Source: Aliivibrio fischeri ES114 (GTDB taxonomy: Bacteria > Pseudomonadota > Gammaproteobacteria > Enterobacterales > Vibrionaceae). From it: a stretch of DNA of 32,000 nucleotides. This document shows positions 7,987 through 18,562 of this stretch, piece after piece. A program made the translations under genes and the position numbers. How positions within the stretch are numbered: the first letter of the stretch is position 1; the number at the start of each line of letters is the position of its first letter. Below the pieces are notes generated by a model. It worked only from the letters and a program-made list of their open reading frames with translations, searched no databases and was not told where the DNA came from. The stretch lies in assembly GCF_000011805.1 (NCBI RefSeq), contig NC_006841.2. One strand, given 5' to 3'.

Positions 7987-9048
7987 ATGATAGAACAATC
8001 AACATTGTTCGAAACCATGACTAAGGAGGCGACCAGCGATGGTCGCCTTGCTCAGTTATTCGAACTGAAAAATCAACATGGAATGCGTGCCGTATTTATG
8101 GATATTGGCGCAACGTGGTTAAGTTGCAAAGTGCCGGTTAAAGGTCAATTACGTGAAGTGTTGTTAGGGCAGTCAACCATGGCTGATTTTTTAGAACAAC
8201 AAAGTTATATGGGGGTCACTGTTGGCCGCTATGCAAATCGTATCGCAAATGGCCAATTTAAAATTGATGGTATTAAACATCAAGTTGAAACTAATCAAGC
8301 AGGAAACACCTTACATGGTGGGCCTGAAGGGTTTAATAAACGTCGTTGGAACGTAGTAGAAGTAACAGAAAACAGTGTTGAATTTGGTTTGGTATCATCA
8401 GATGGGGATCAAGGTTTTCCTGGTGATCTTGATGTTACCGTAAAATATCAACTTACCAATGATAATGAAGTAGCCATTAGCTACAAAGCGAAAACGAATA
8501 AGACAACGCCGATTAACTTAACTAATCATGCTTATTTTAATTTACTTGGAGCGGACAGTGAACACTTAGGGATCGATCATATCTTAAGTGTTAATTCGCA
8601 AGAGTTTGTACCAACGACAGAGTGTGGTATTCCTAAAGGGCAATGGAAACGAGTTAAAAACACGAATTTTGATTTCACTTCACCTAAAGTGATTTCGCAA
8701 GATTTCATGCTCGATAAAGACCAAGAAAAAGTCAAAGGGTACGATCACTCTTTTGTTCTTGATAAATCTTGTTCTAAGGGAGAGAGCGCTGCGAGTTTAA
8801 CTTCTCCTGATAGCTTGGTAACCATGCATGTATTTACCACTAAGCCGGCAATACAGCTGTATACCGGAAATTGGTTAGCTGGCACACCAAATCGAGTGGG
8901 AGGGGAGTATCAGGATTATTCTGGTATTGCATTAGAGACTCAATTCCTGCCTGATGCGTTAAATCATCCAGAATGGGATCACCCAAGTACCATTTTGCAA
9001 CCAAATGAAACGTATCAACATCAAACTTGCTATCAATTTATTGTTTGA
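7987..9048 (+). CDS. galM: Aldose 1-epimerase (galactose mutarotase)
   Basis: 353 aa with GRYANRIANG, LHGGPEGFNKRRW and DGDQGFPG, all matching E. coli GalM blocks. RBS AAGGA lies 6 nt upstream. Confidence 0.95.
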   Translation: MIEQSTLFETMTKEATSDGRLAQLFELKNQHGMRAVFMDIGATWLSCKVPVKGQLREVLLGQSTMADFLEQQSYMGVTVGRYANRIANGQFKIDGIKHQVETNQAGNTLHGGPEGFNKRRWNVVEVTENSVEFGLVSSDGDQGFPGDLDVTVKYQLTNDNEVAISYKAKTNKTTPINLTNHAYFNLLGADSEHLGIDHILSVNSQEFVPTTECGIPKGQWKRVKNTNFDFTSPKVISQDFMLDKDQEKVKGYDHSFVLDKSCSKGESAASLTSPDSLVTMHVFTTKPAIQLYTGNWLAGTPNRVGGEYQDYSGIALETQFLPDALNHPEWDHPSTILQPNETYQHQTCYQFIV

Positions 9049-9070
9049 TAGTTAAGGCCATTAGATAGAA

Positions 9071-9096
9071 AAAAGGAGCGATCATTCGCTCCTTTT
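9071..9096. terminator. Bidirectional intrinsic terminator between convergent galM and the RND gene
   Basis: AAAAGGAGCGA-tcat-TCGCTCCTTTT is a perfect 11-bp stem. It is flanked by an A run on one side and a T run on the other, so a U tract follows the stem on both strands. Confidence 0.85.
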
Positions 9097-9121
9097 GATT
9101 TCGTTCTTTTTATGGACGATG

Positions 9122-12100
9122 TTACTCTTCAATCGCTTTGATTCTGAAGAACATGGCATAGAACAATGGAATCACGATTAACGTCAGGATTGTTGCAAAT
9201 AACAAACCAAACATAATGGTTACTGCCATACTCTTGAAGAATGGGTCAATCAATAATGGTGCAACCCCTAAGATAGTGGTTAATGCGCCAAGTAATACTG
9301 GTCGAGCACGACTTAAAGAGGCGTCGATAATGGCATTATATGGCAGCTTACCTTCTCTAATTTCAGCATCGGCTTGGTCTACTAATACAATGGCATTTTT
9401 CACCATCATACCAATTAAGCTTAAGAAACCTAATATCGCCATAAACTCAAATGGGGTTTGGAATATGATCAATCCAACCGTAACCCCAATGATGGCAAGT
9501 GGAGCAGTTAACCAAATTACGAGTGGCTGACGTAGCGCATTAAACATGAAAATAACCGATAAGATCATTGCAGCAAAACCATAAGGAGCTGAAATTACTA
9601 ATCCTTCATTCGCATCTTTAGACGCTTTATATTCACCATACCAAATTAACTCGTAACCTGATGGCAGCTCGATCGCTTCGATTTTTTGACGAACTTGATT
9701 AAATGCATCAGCGGTTAATACGCCCGGAGCGGGGTCCGCCTGCACCAGAATCGTCGGCATTCTATCAATACGACGCAAAATCGCATCTTCCCAAACCACA
9801 TCAGTGGATTCAACTAATTGGCTAACAGAGATAAAACCACCAACAGCATGACTGTATACTTCTGTGTTTTCAATTGCACGTTGGTGACTACGCTCTGTTT
9901 CTGGTGAACGTGCCACAATCGGGATAAGATCATTACCTTCACGGTAAACACCGACATTACGTCCAGATAAGGTCTGTGCAATGGCCTGATTAATTTCTTG
10001 TGTTGTTAAGCCAAATTGTTGTGCTTTTTCTTCTGAATAACGAGGACGTAGCACGGGTACTTGTTGACGCCAATCATCTTGAACTGCAATCAATTGTGGA
10101 TCATTTAGCATGATGGTTTTTGCTTGTTCCGCTAATTGACGAAGTACGGCACTGTCTGGACCTTTAAAGCCAGCTTCAATCTTTTTACCGCCCCCACGAC
10201 CCAGCATGAACTTCCATACTTTGATTGATGCATCTGTGTATTTTTCATCAAGCTCACTTTGTAATTCTCCCAATAATGGCGCAATGTTTTGGTAATCATC
10301 AATATCAATTAATAATTGACCGTAACTTGGATTACGCGCCTCTGGTGAATAAGTCAGCATAAAGCGTAGACCACCGCCACCAACAAAGCTGGTGATGTTA
10401 GTAATACCGGCTTTTTGTTTTATGTCTTGCTCAATACTTGCAATAGTTTGTTCTGTACGTTTTATGTCTGAACCTTGAGGTAAATATACATCAACAACAA
10501 ATTGTGCGCGCTGAGATTCGGGCATAAAGCCTGGTGGAATATATTTCGCTCCGTAAATAGAGGTAAATAACACCATCAATAGTAGGCTTAGGCTAATTAC
10601 TCTGTGTTTAATTACCCAAGTTAATAATTGACGATACCAACGGCTTACTCGACCAACAGGTGCTTGTGTGTCTACTGGTTTTACTTTCAAAAAGTCATAA
10701 CACAGCATCGGTGTAATGGTAACGGCAAATACCCAGCTTAGTAACATAGAGTATAGGATTACCCAAAATAGCGAACCAGCATATTCCCCCATATCAGATG
10801 GAGATAAACCAATTGCACTGAATGCACAGATACCAACAACCGTACCACCAAGTAGAGGCCATTTTGTTGTATTAACCACATCAGATACGATGTCATCTCG
10901 GCTATCGTTTGGCGTGGTTTGTAAGCGAACCAAAATCCCATCAGTTACAACAATGGCGTTATCCACCAACATCCCTAATGCGATGATTAAGGCGCCTAAT
11001 GAAATGCGTTGCATCGCAATGTCTTCAATCAGCATGATGCATAAGGTTCCAGCAACGGTTAGTAGCAATACAAAGCCGATGATGATCCCTGAGCGAACGC
11101 CCATAAAGAGAAGAAGAACAATGAATACGATCACAACCGCCGCAATCAAGTTATCAATGAAGTTCGTAACCGAAGCTCGAACCGAATCTGATTGCATTGA
11201 AATAACATTGAGCTCAATGCCTAAAGGACGTTGGTTTTCTAATTCAGCAATGCGCGCTTTTACGGCATCACCCATATCAACTACGTTGCCACCTGCGACA
11301 TTCGAAATACCAAAGCCAACCGCTCGTTGACCATTGTAGCGAACCATCATGCTTTGCGGTTCTTGATAACCACGAGTTACCGTTGCAATATCACCTAAGC
11401 GAAGTACTGCATTGTTATCTCCAAGATTGATTTGCAGATTAATGAGATCATTAAACGAATTCACATTTGAGCTTGGGATGACAGGGATACGCATTGAATC
11501 GGTTTCAATACTTCCTGCAATCGTTACCATGTTCTGCTTTTGCAATACTTGGTACACTTTTTCTGCTGAAACACCAAACTTAGCCATACGCTCGCCAGAC
11601 ATTTCAATAAAAATGGTCTCTTGGCGTTCACCTAACGTGGCTGTTTTTGCTACACCTGGAACCAATACCAGTTCTCGTCTGAGATCATCCACATAATCTT
11701 GCAGTTGTTTATCACTAAATCCATCACCAGTAACGGCGAAGAATAGGGCATAAACATCTGAGAAATCATCGTTAACGATGGAGGCACCAGCACCCGGAGG
11801 TAGCATACGTTGTGCATCACCCACTTTACGGCGTAATTTGTCCCATACTTGTTGTAGTTCGGCTTGACTGCCTGCAAATTCAAGTTTGATCTCAACAGTC
11901 ACTTCAGACATGCCTTGTTTCGATACCGACTTTATCTCTTTCACTTCTTGAAGAGATTGAACGGCTCCTTCAATGATATCAGTGACTTCATCAGAGACTT
12001 CTTGTGCAGTCGCACCTGAATAAGGGGTATTTATCACCGCTTGGCGAATAACAAATTCAGGATCTTCAAATCGTCCGAGTTTTAAGTAACTTAAATAGCC

Positions 12101-12172
12101 ACCAAATAAAATTAACGCAATAAGCACCCACACGGAGGTACGCTTAGCAATAGTGTAACGTGCGATATCCAT
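9122..12172 (-). CDS. RND-family efflux permease (AcrB/HAE1-like inner-membrane component)
   Basis: 1016 aa with a 12-TM-like layout and two large periplasmic loops. It has typical RND N-terminal (..KRTSVWVLIALILFGGYLSYLKLGRFEDPEF..) and C-terminal blocks. It starts 3 nt after the MFP stop. Confidence 0.9.
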   Translation of the reverse strand: MDIARYTIAKRTSVWVLIALILFGGYLSYLKLGRFEDPEFVIRQAVINTPYSGATAQEVSDEVTDIIEGAVQSLQEVKEIKSVSKQGMSEVTVEIKLEFAGSQAELQQVWDKLRRKVGDAQRMLPPGAGASIVNDDFSDVYALFFAVTGDGFSDKQLQDYVDDLRRELVLVPGVAKTATLGERQETIFIEMSGERMAKFGVSAEKVYQVLQKQNMVTIAGSIETDSMRIPVIPSSNVNSFNDLINLQINLGDNNAVLRLGDIATVTRGYQEPQSMMVRYNGQRAVGFGISNVAGGNVVDMGDAVKARIAELENQRPLGIELNVISMQSDSVRASVTNFIDNLIAAVVIVFIVLLLFMGVRSGIIIGFVLLLTVAGTLCIMLIEDIAMQRISLGALIIALGMLVDNAIVVTDGILVRLQTTPNDSRDDIVSDVVNTTKWPLLGGTVVGICAFSAIGLSPSDMGEYAGSLFWVILYSMLLSWVFAVTITPMLCYDFLKVKPVDTQAPVGRVSRWYRQLLTWVIKHRVISLSLLLMVLFTSIYGAKYIPPGFMPESQRAQFVVDVYLPQGSDIKRTEQTIASIEQDIKQKAGITNITSFVGGGGLRFMLTYSPEARNPSYGQLLIDIDDYQNIAPLLGELQSELDEKYTDASIKVWKFMLGRGGGKKIEAGFKGPDSAVLRQLAEQAKTIMLNDPQLIAVQDDWRQQVPVLRPRYSEEKAQQFGLTTQEINQAIAQTLSGRNVGVYREGNDLIPIVARSPETERSHQRAIENTEVYSHAVGGFISVSQLVESTDVVWEDAILRRIDRMPTILVQADPAPGVLTADAFNQVRQKIEAIELPSGYELIWYGEYKASKDANEGLVISAPYGFAAMILSVIFMFNALRQPLVIWLTAPLAIIGVTVGLIIFQTPFEFMAILGFLSLIGMMVKNAIVLVDQADAEIREGKLPYNAIIDASLSRARPVLLGALTTILGVAPLLIDPFFKSMAVTIMFGLLFATILTLIVIPLFYAMFFRIKAIEE

Positions 12173-12175
12173 TTG

Positions 12176-13288
12176 TTATTTCTCAACCTGTGAAGAAAGT
12201 GTGTCGGTATATGGTCTCACTTCCATGCCTTCTTTTAAGCTAGAAGCCCCTGCTGTAATAATGCGTTCACCAGTTTGCAAACCATCATTAATGACAATTC
12301 GATTTGATACTAAGGTACCTGCGCTAATAATGCGTTTTTGAACTTTATTCTCTTGAGTCACAACCCATACAAACTGACCGCCTTGGTTGTCCGGAACAAC
12401 CGCTGTTAGTGGAACAGTAATGAGTAATGACGCTTGATCTTGTTCATCTGAATAAACAGGTACGACTTTAACTGTCATTCCTGGAAGTACATTGAAGCCA
12501 CGAAGATCTTCAAATGTAAGAACCACAGGGTAAGTTTGTGTGATTGGGTCCGCTTGCGTTCCATAAGTGCTTAGCACAAGAGGGAAGGTTTCATTACGAA
12601 GTGCACTGATTTGAGCCAGTGCTTTCGAGCCTTTTAAATCCCCTAACATTACGCTATCAGGAATATTGATGAGTACTTCTAAATCATCAACATTATGAAC
12701 CGTTAATACTGGACTATTCGCTTGAATTTGGACGTGATTATCAATCATTTTTTTGCCAATCACACCATCAAATGGTGCATGTAACTGCGTATATTCAAGC
12801 TGGCGTTGTGCTTCATCTAGACGATTTTTGGCTAGTTGATAACGAGTGGTTAAGGTATCTAAATCACTTTTTGCTATTGCTTGGCTTTTTTCATAAATGG
12901 CTTTGCCACGAGTGTATTCAGCTTTACTGTTTTTGTATTCAACACGAGCAGATTCTAGTGCTGTTTGTGCATCACGAGGATCAAGTTGAGCTAATAGTTG
13001 CCCTTTTTTAACTTGTTGACCTTCATCAACCAACACACTGATCACGCGACTGCTCATTCTAAAAGCTAAGTCTGCGCGTTGTGCAGAGCGAACTACGCCA
13101 TTAAAACGCAGTTGTGCGTTAGCACTAGGAGATACTATCTCAGTGAGTGCAGGTCTAATTGTTGGTTGTGAGATCTCTTTAGCTACTTCATTAGTGTCAC
13201 AACCAGAAATTACCATGGAGCCAACAGCAAGACTTACTGCAATGGCCGTTTTTTTAATTAACATTAATGTAGAAGTGGTAGAACGCAT
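12176..13288 (-). CDS. RND efflux periplasmic adaptor (membrane fusion protein), lipoprotein
   Basis: 370 aa with a signal peptide ending in the lipobox VISGC, followed by HlyD/AcrA-like lipoyl and coiled-coil segments (..QLLAQLDPRD..YTQLHAPFDGVIG..). The start could instead be Met9 (13264). Confidence 0.88.
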   Translation of the reverse strand: MRSTTSTLMLIKKTAIAVSLAVGSMVISGCDTNEVAKEISQPTIRPALTEIVSPSANAQLRFNGVVRSAQRADLAFRMSSRVISVLVDEGQQVKKGQLLAQLDPRDAQTALESARVEYKNSKAEYTRGKAIYEKSQAIAKSDLDTLTTRYQLAKNRLDEAQRQLEYTQLHAPFDGVIGKKMIDNHVQIQANSPVLTVHNVDDLEVLINIPDSVMLGDLKGSKALAQISALRNETFPLVLSTYGTQADPITQTYPVVLTFEDLRGFNVLPGMTVKVVPVYSDEQDQASLLITVPLTAVVPDNQGGQFVWVVTQENKVQKRIISAGTLVSNRIVINDGLQTGERIITAGASSLKEGMEVRPYTDTLSSQVEK

Positions 13289-13348
13289 TTACTCAGTCCT
13301 CATGAAAGAGCGATTAATCCAATAAATTGATTGAAGGAGTTTTATAGT

Positions 13349-13378
13349 TATAAAGTAAACTCTTGAGTTTATTTTATA
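13349..13378. promoter_or_regulatory. 30-bp near-perfect palindrome, candidate TetR operator (TATAAAGTAAACTC-tt-GAGTTTATTTTATA)
   Basis: The arms at 13349..13362 and 13365..13378 are 13/14 complementary. The palindrome lies in the divergent MFP/TetR spacer. Confidence 0.6.
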
Positions 13379-13387
13379 CGTAAAAAC

Positions 13388-13401
13388 TATAAAGTAAACT
13401 C
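13388..13401. promoter_or_regulatory. Third exact copy of the operator half-site TATAAAGTAAACTC
   Basis: A 14/14 direct repeat of 13349..13362, located 39 bp downstream. Confidence 0.5.
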
Positions 13402-13458
13402 AAAAGTATACATTTGTTTTGGTAATGGTTAGACTAGGTCCTATAGCTTGGAGGGGAC

Positions 13459-14070
13459 ATGCAAAAGAAATTGACAAGATCGCAGCAAAAACACTTAGAT
13501 ATCATTAACGCAGCAAAAGAAGAGTTTATTGAATTCGGCTTTTTAGCCGCGAATATGGATAGGATCACATCGTCTGCAGAAGTGTCTAAACGAACGCTTT
13601 ATCGACATTTTGAAAGTAAAGAAGTGTTGTTTGAATCAGTATTGACCATTATTAATGACTCAGTGAACGAAAGTATCTCTTATCATTTTGATCCAAATAA
13701 GAGTACGGAAGAGCAGTTAACAGAGATTGCTTATAAAGAGATTGATGTTCTTTATAAAACTTATGGGATAGCTTTAGCTCGAACAATCGTGATGGAGTTT
13801 CTACGTCAACCAGAAATGGCCAAAACGCTTATCCAAAATATCTATAGTATCCGAGCTATTACTCAGTGGTTTAGAAGTGCAATTGAAGCGAAAAGACTTA
13901 AAGATGCAGATCCAAAACTAATGACAGATGTGTATGTCAGTTTGTTTCAAGGGTTATTCTTTTGGCCTCAAGTAATGCATTTGGATCTAGAGCCTCACGG
14001 GGAAGAGCTAAGTCAAAAAATAGAAACACTAACCACGATTTTCTTACAGAGTTATGGGGTTGCTGAGTAG
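13459..14070 (+). CDS. TetR/AcrR-family transcriptional regulator
   Basis: 203 aa with an N-terminal TetR HTH (..IINAAKEEFIEFGFLAANMDRITSSAEVSKRTLYRHFESKEVLF..). It is divergent from the MFP-RND operon. Confidence 0.9.
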   Translation: MQKKLTRSQQKHLDIINAAKEEFIEFGFLAANMDRITSSAEVSKRTLYRHFESKEVLFESVLTIINDSVNESISYHFDPNKSTEEQLTEIAYKEIDVLYKTYGIALARTIVMEFLRQPEMAKTLIQNIYSIRAITQWFRSAIEAKRLKDADPKLMTDVYVSLFQGLFFWPQVMHLDLEPHGEELSQKIETLTTIFLQSYGVAE

Positions 14071-14217
14071 ACCATTTGTATAAAGATGTAAATATGCACC
14101 ATATTCTTTGAATAATTAATGAGGGTAAGATCAAACTTAGCTGAGTTATTTTACGACAAAGTACTTAAGGCGATTATAGTTAATAATAATATCTACAAAT
14201 AAAGTGCTAGGTTTTTT

Positions 14218-16812
14218 ATGAATAATAATATGTCATTAAAGAAAAAGAGCATTCTCGCGTTAGCTTGCTATGTTTGTTTTTTAATTACGGTTATTGGCAG
14301 TATTACTTATTGTGTTGTTGAACCTCCTATTCGTGAAAATCTTGAAAACAATCTTAATTTACGCACTCAACTTTTAGCTAGGGAAATAGAGGATCCGCTT
14401 AATCATTCTCTTTCCATATTGCATGCACTTGTTGGGGTCGCTGCAAGCGGTTACTCTATCGATGTTCTTGAAGATATGACTTATTCTGTTTTCAAAGAGA
14501 GCGACGATATTATTATTAGTGGTGGCATTTGGCCAGAACCCAATACATTGGAGCCATCCAAACAATTAGCTAGCATTTTTTATTCTCGTGATGAACGAGG
14601 AAAAATCACCTCTGTTAACGATTACAATATTCCTAGCAATACACCTTATCAACAAGAGTCATGGTATACATCGGTTTCACATGAAAACAGTAGCCATAAT
14701 ATTTCATGGTCTGAGGTTTACATTGATCCTTTTACCAAGCAGAAGATGATCACCGCTTCACAACCTTATTTTGAAAATAACCAGTTTGTTGGTGTAGCAA
14801 CCATTGATATTTCATTAAAAGGGTTGATCGGTGTTATTGAATCACAAGCTGAGAAGCATCAGTTAGGGATATCTGTCTACGATGGAAATACCACAATAGC
14901 AGAATACAAATTCGCTGTTGATGAAAGTATGTATGTTGTAGAGCTCTTTATGGATGATCTTCGTTGGGAGCTCAAGGTGGTAAATTCAGTTCTTACCGTA
15001 GCTGATGAGACTTTCGCTCAGGTTGTTAATATCGAATTGGGGATTGTGCCTATTTTATTGGCTTGTGTGATTTTAGCTTATTATTTTATTAATCGTAGTT
15101 TAATCAATCCAATCGTCCTGATTTCACAACAAGTAAATGAGAGAGAATCGAGTGAAAAAATTGATATAAATTATGGTTATAAAGATGAAATTGCTGATTT
15201 GATCTATTCTTTCAATCAAGAGACAGAATACTTAGAAATTGAAAAGTCAAAAGCAGAAGCGTTAGCAAAAGCCAAAAGTTCATTTTTAGCTAATATGTCA
15301 CACGAAATTCGAACACCTCTAAATGGCATCATTGGTATGTCAGACATCTTAACTGAAACCGATTTAACACCGGTTCAATCAGAATATGTTGAAACTATTG
15401 ATACCTCTTCGCAAACACTGCTTTTATTGATTAATGATATTCTTGATTTATCAAAAATAGAATCTGGAAATTTAGTTATTGTCCCTCAAGAATCGAATGT
15501 TGAAGAAGTTGCCTACGATACTCTGACTGTCATTTTGAGCAAAGCGACGGAAAAAGGCTTGGCGTTACAAGTTGACATTGCTAATGATTTACCTGAACTC
15601 GTAATGCTTGATGAACATCGATTGCGCCAAGTACTGATGAACTTAATGTCTAATGCCGTTAAATTTACTCAGGATGGAGCCGTCATTTTATCCATTAATT
15701 ATCAACAGAAAGAGAATGGAAGAGGGTTATTATTCTTTTCTGTAAAAGATACGGGCATTGGGATTAGTAAAGATAAATGTGAACAGATTTTTGAACCGTT
15801 TACGCAAGAAGATAGTTCAATAACTCGTCAGTTTGGTGGAACGGGTCTAGGGTTGGCAATATGTCGCCAGTTAGTTGAAATGCTTGGTGGTGAGTTGAAA
15901 GTTGATTCAGAAAAAGGGTTTGGAAGTAAATTTCATTTCATATTAGATGTTGAGGTGATTGAGCCAACACATAAAGGATTAGAAGAATATGCTCAGTCCT
16001 CATGTGTCATTGTGAGTAATCATATGCTTTATGCAACTCAGCTTGAGATGGAATGTAAAAAGTTGGGAATTAATAGCAGAATCGTCCAAAAATTTGTTCC
16101 GCAGGATGATCTAATCAGTCAAAGTGATGTGGTTATTTATTGTCAAAAATCCTCTTCAGAGGCATTAAATCATGTGAGGTTAATGAATGAGTATAAGCAT
16201 CGACCAGCGATTATCATTTGTAAAAAGCATCAAGATGAAAAGGTGGATTTTGAACGTACAATTGAAGGTGTCATTACTTATCCATTACTTGGTAAACGTT
16301 TTTATAAGGTAATGAAACAAGCATTTATTGCAAGTCAATCGCATCAAGGGATTGTTTCAGAAGTAAAAACAAGCGGTGATTCTGAATATGGTGAGATGAT
16401 AGATTTACCTCATAAGCGTAAGGATAATCTGGACATAATAAAAACGGTTCTTGTAGTAGAAGATAATGCTATTAATCAAAAAGTTGCATCGTTGTTGCTT
16501 AAAAAGGCCGGATTTTGCGTTGAAATAGCGAATAATGGACAAGAAGCATTAGATATGGTGATGAGTAAAACGTCACCTTATAGTTTAGTTTTAATGGACT
16601 GTATGATGCCGATAATGGATGGATTTGCTGCAACTGAAGCAATAAGGAAATGGGAAGAGAATCAAGAGCAGAAACGCTTGCCTATTATTGCGTTAACAGC
16701 GAGTGTTTTCATTGAAGATATCGATAAATGCTACCAATCGGGCATGGATGATTATGTAGCAAAACCATTTAGAAAAGAGCTTATACTAGAAAAATTGGAA
16801 GCGTATACATAA
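14218..16812 (+). CDS. Hybrid sensor histidine kinase/response regulator with a periplasmic Cache-type sensor
   Basis: 864 aa. Layout: TM1 ([23 protein letters not shown]); a ~220-aa periplasmic domain with Cache-like motifs ([34 protein letters not shown]); TM2; a HAMP-like linker; the H-box ([15 protein letters not shown]); the N/G boxes ([23 protein letters not shown]); a receiver-like segment lacking the acidic residues (CVIVSNH.., DVVIYCQ); and a C-terminal REC ([27 protein letters not shown]). No HPt domain is present. Confidence 0.9.
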   Translation: MNNNMSLKKKSILALACYVCFLITVIGSITYCVVEPPIRENLENNLNLRTQLLAREIEDPLNHSLSILHALVGVAASGYSIDVLEDMTYSVFKESDDIIISGGIWPEPNTLEPSKQLASIFYSRDERGKITSVNDYNIPSNTPYQQESWYTSVSHENSSHNISWSEVYIDPFTKQKMITASQPYFENNQFVGVATIDISLKGLIGVIESQAEKHQLGISVYDGNTTIAEYKFAVDESMYVVELFMDDLRWELKVVNSVLTVADETFAQVVNIELGIVPILLACVILAYYFINRSLINPIVLISQQVNERESSEKIDINYGYKDEIADLIYSFNQETEYLEIEKSKAEALAKAKSSFLANMSHEIRTPLNGIIGMSDILTETDLTPVQSEYVETIDTSSQTLLLLINDILDLSKIESGNLVIVPQESNVEEVAYDTLTVILSKATEKGLALQVDIANDLPELVMLDEHRLRQVLMNLMSNAVKFTQDGAVILSINYQQKENGRGLLFFSVKDTGIGISKDKCEQIFEPFTQEDSSITRQFGGTGLGLAICRQLVEMLGGELKVDSEKGFGSKFHFILDVEVIEPTHKGLEEYAQSSCVIVSNHMLYATQLEMECKKLGINSRIVQKFVPQDDLISQSDVVIYCQKSSSEALNHVRLMNEYKHRPAIIICKKHQDEKVDFERTIEGVITYPLLGKRFYKVMKQAFIASQSHQGIVSEVKTSGDSEYGEMIDLPHKRKDNLDIIKTVLVVEDNAINQKVASLLLKKAGFCVEIANNGQEALDMVMSKTSPYSLVLMDCMMPIMDGFAATEAIRKWEENQEQKRLPIIALTASVFIEDIDKCYQSGMDDYVAKPFRKELILEKLEAYT

Positions 16813-16841
16813 ATAATGATTCATATATACGCTCATTTTAT

Positions 16842-17840
16842 TTATAGAGTATGTACTGAATTACGTTTAACGAGTGTTGGCGTATATACTTTTTTCTCTG
16901 TTTCTGGTTTTTCATCTTTTGCTAGCAATAGCGATAACAGGGCTGCTTGTGAGGCCATCTCACTAATAGGGTAGTCAATGGTTGTTAGTTTAGGGTGTAG
17001 ATATTTGGCAATTAGACCGTTATCGAAACCAATAATGGAAACCTGCTCTGGTACTGAAATACCTGCTTTTTCAAGGGCTGCAATAGCTCCCGCTGCCATG
17101 TAATCGTTATAACAAACAACACCCGTAAATGATTGTTTATTTTTAATTAATTCATTCATCGCGTTTTCCCCCCCTTCGTCAGTGGGTTCGCCTTCACTTA
17201 ATAAAGAACTATTAATGATTAATCCATGTTTTTCTAAGGCTTGAGCAAAACCGTGCTTTCGATCAATACAATCATCAATTTGTTGATTAGAGTTGATGTA
17301 GGCTAAATGTTGGTGACCACTTTCAATAAGGTGTTCTGTGGCAAGTCTTGACCCAAGTTGGTTATCTAGATAGATGCATTTATGAGCTATTTGGGGGATA
17401 TGACGATTAATAATGACCAATCCAGGTACTTCTTGTGAAAATTGAATTAATTCCTCATCACTTAATCCTTTAGAGTGAATAATCAGAGATTCACAACGGT
17501 TATGGATTAATAGCTCTATGGCCTCTTTCTCAACTTCAGCATTGTGATAACCATTACCAATTAATAAATGTTTGTTGTTGGCTCTAGCTACACCATCAAC
17601 GGCTTTGATTAAAGATCCAAAAAATGGGTCAGAAACATCTGCAACTAATACCCCAATAGTATTGGTACTTTTACTGACTAAAGCACGAGCATTAGCATTA
17701 GGTCGATAGCCGAGTTTTGTCATTGCAGCATTAACAGATTTTATGGCTGCTTTACTGGCTTTAGGTGATTTATTTACTACACGAGAAACGGTGGCAACAG
17801 ATACACCAGCTTCTTTTGCTACATCTTTAATGGTTGCCAT
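16842..17840 (-). CDS. galR: Galactose operon repressor, LacI family
   Basis: 332 aa. The N-terminus MATIKDVAKEAGVSVATVSRVVNKSPKAS..YRPNANARAL, together with DVSDPFFG, LLIGNGYHN, VCYNDYMAAGA and PTLVKRNSV, is colinear with E. coli GalR/GalS. I cannot distinguish GalR from GalS by eye. Confidence 0.88.
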   Translation of the reverse strand: MATIKDVAKEAGVSVATVSRVVNKSPKASKAAIKSVNAAMTKLGYRPNANARALVSKSTNTIGVLVADVSDPFFGSLIKAVDGVARANNKHLLIGNGYHNAEVEKEAIELLIHNRCESLIIHSKGLSDEELIQFSQEVPGLVIINRHIPQIAHKCIYLDNQLGSRLATEHLIESGHQHLAYINSNQQIDDCIDRKHGFAQALEKHGLIINSSLLSEGEPTDEGGENAMNELIKNKQSFTGVVCYNDYMAAGAIAALEKAGISVPEQVSIIGFDNGLIAKYLHPKLTTIDYPISEMASQAALLSLLLAKDEKPETEKKVYTPTLVKRNSVHTL

Positions 17841-17930
17841 AATGGAGCCTTAGTTATTATTAATTTGATCGAGTTAAAGTTTTAGTAAACTTTTATTTCG
17901 TTTTCAATCTTAATGCAATAGGATTGATTT

Positions 17931-17944
17931 TGTAAACGTTATCA
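17931..17944. promoter_or_regulatory. Degenerate GalR-type operator (TGTAAACGTTATCA) upstream of galR
   Basis: 12/14 match to the O1/O2 core. It lies in the 130-bp divergent galR/ygjH spacer, 91 bp upstream of the galR ATG, which suggests autoregulation. Confidence 0.5.
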
Positions 17945-17964
17945 TTAATTAATTGTAAGGATAA

Positions 17965-18303
<339 letters not shown>

Positions 18304-18317
18304 TACCTTTAAAATTA

Positions 18318-18348
18318 AGTGCCATTAAGAAAACATAATGGCGCTTTA
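18318..18348 (+). terminator. Possible weak terminator after ygjH
   Basis: AGTGCCATTA-agaaaaca-TAATGGCGCT (one G-U pair) followed only by TTT. Confidence 0.4.
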
Positions 18349-18562
18349 AAATAAAAGTCATCTTTTAAACCTCCTCTACAGCATAAAAACACAGTATTGA
18401 AATATGAAGTGAATCTTTCATTTGTTAAATCAATTCATTCTGTTGTTTAGTGCTGCATTTCACATTTTTGCTCTATTTAAGCTCTTGTTGTTAACTCATT
18501 GTTAATTTCTAGTGTATGGTTGGTTGTGTTTTATACCAACACTTACAATTAAAGGGATTTTT

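Noticed and set aside
9216-13325. + strand ORFs within the RND/MFP genes (9216..9530, 10716..11330, 11412..11696, 12772..13011, 13143..13325) and the small minus-strand out-of-frame ORFs 10759..10941 and 11650..11895.
   Set aside because: They are antisense or out of frame relative to the 1016-aa RND and 370-aa MFP genes. Their compositions (Ser/Thr/Pro-rich mirror of a membrane protein) indicate shadows.
16813-16841. Convergent histidine kinase and galR stops only 29 bp apart with no terminator hairpin.
   Set aside because: This was seen, but only a 5-bp AATGA/TCATT stem is present. It is not unusual for convergent genes and is not enough to build a claim on.
18304-18562. Possible glycine riboswitch upstream of the alanine/glycine:cation symporter. 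The classic V. cholerae tandem glycine riboswitch precedes a gene of this family.
   Set aside because: I read the 259-nt leader on the + strand. None of the conserved glycine-aptamer cores (GGAGAG .. CACCGAAGGGGCAA .. CTCAGGCAA-type segments) is present, and the region is AT-rich with no GC-rich helices.
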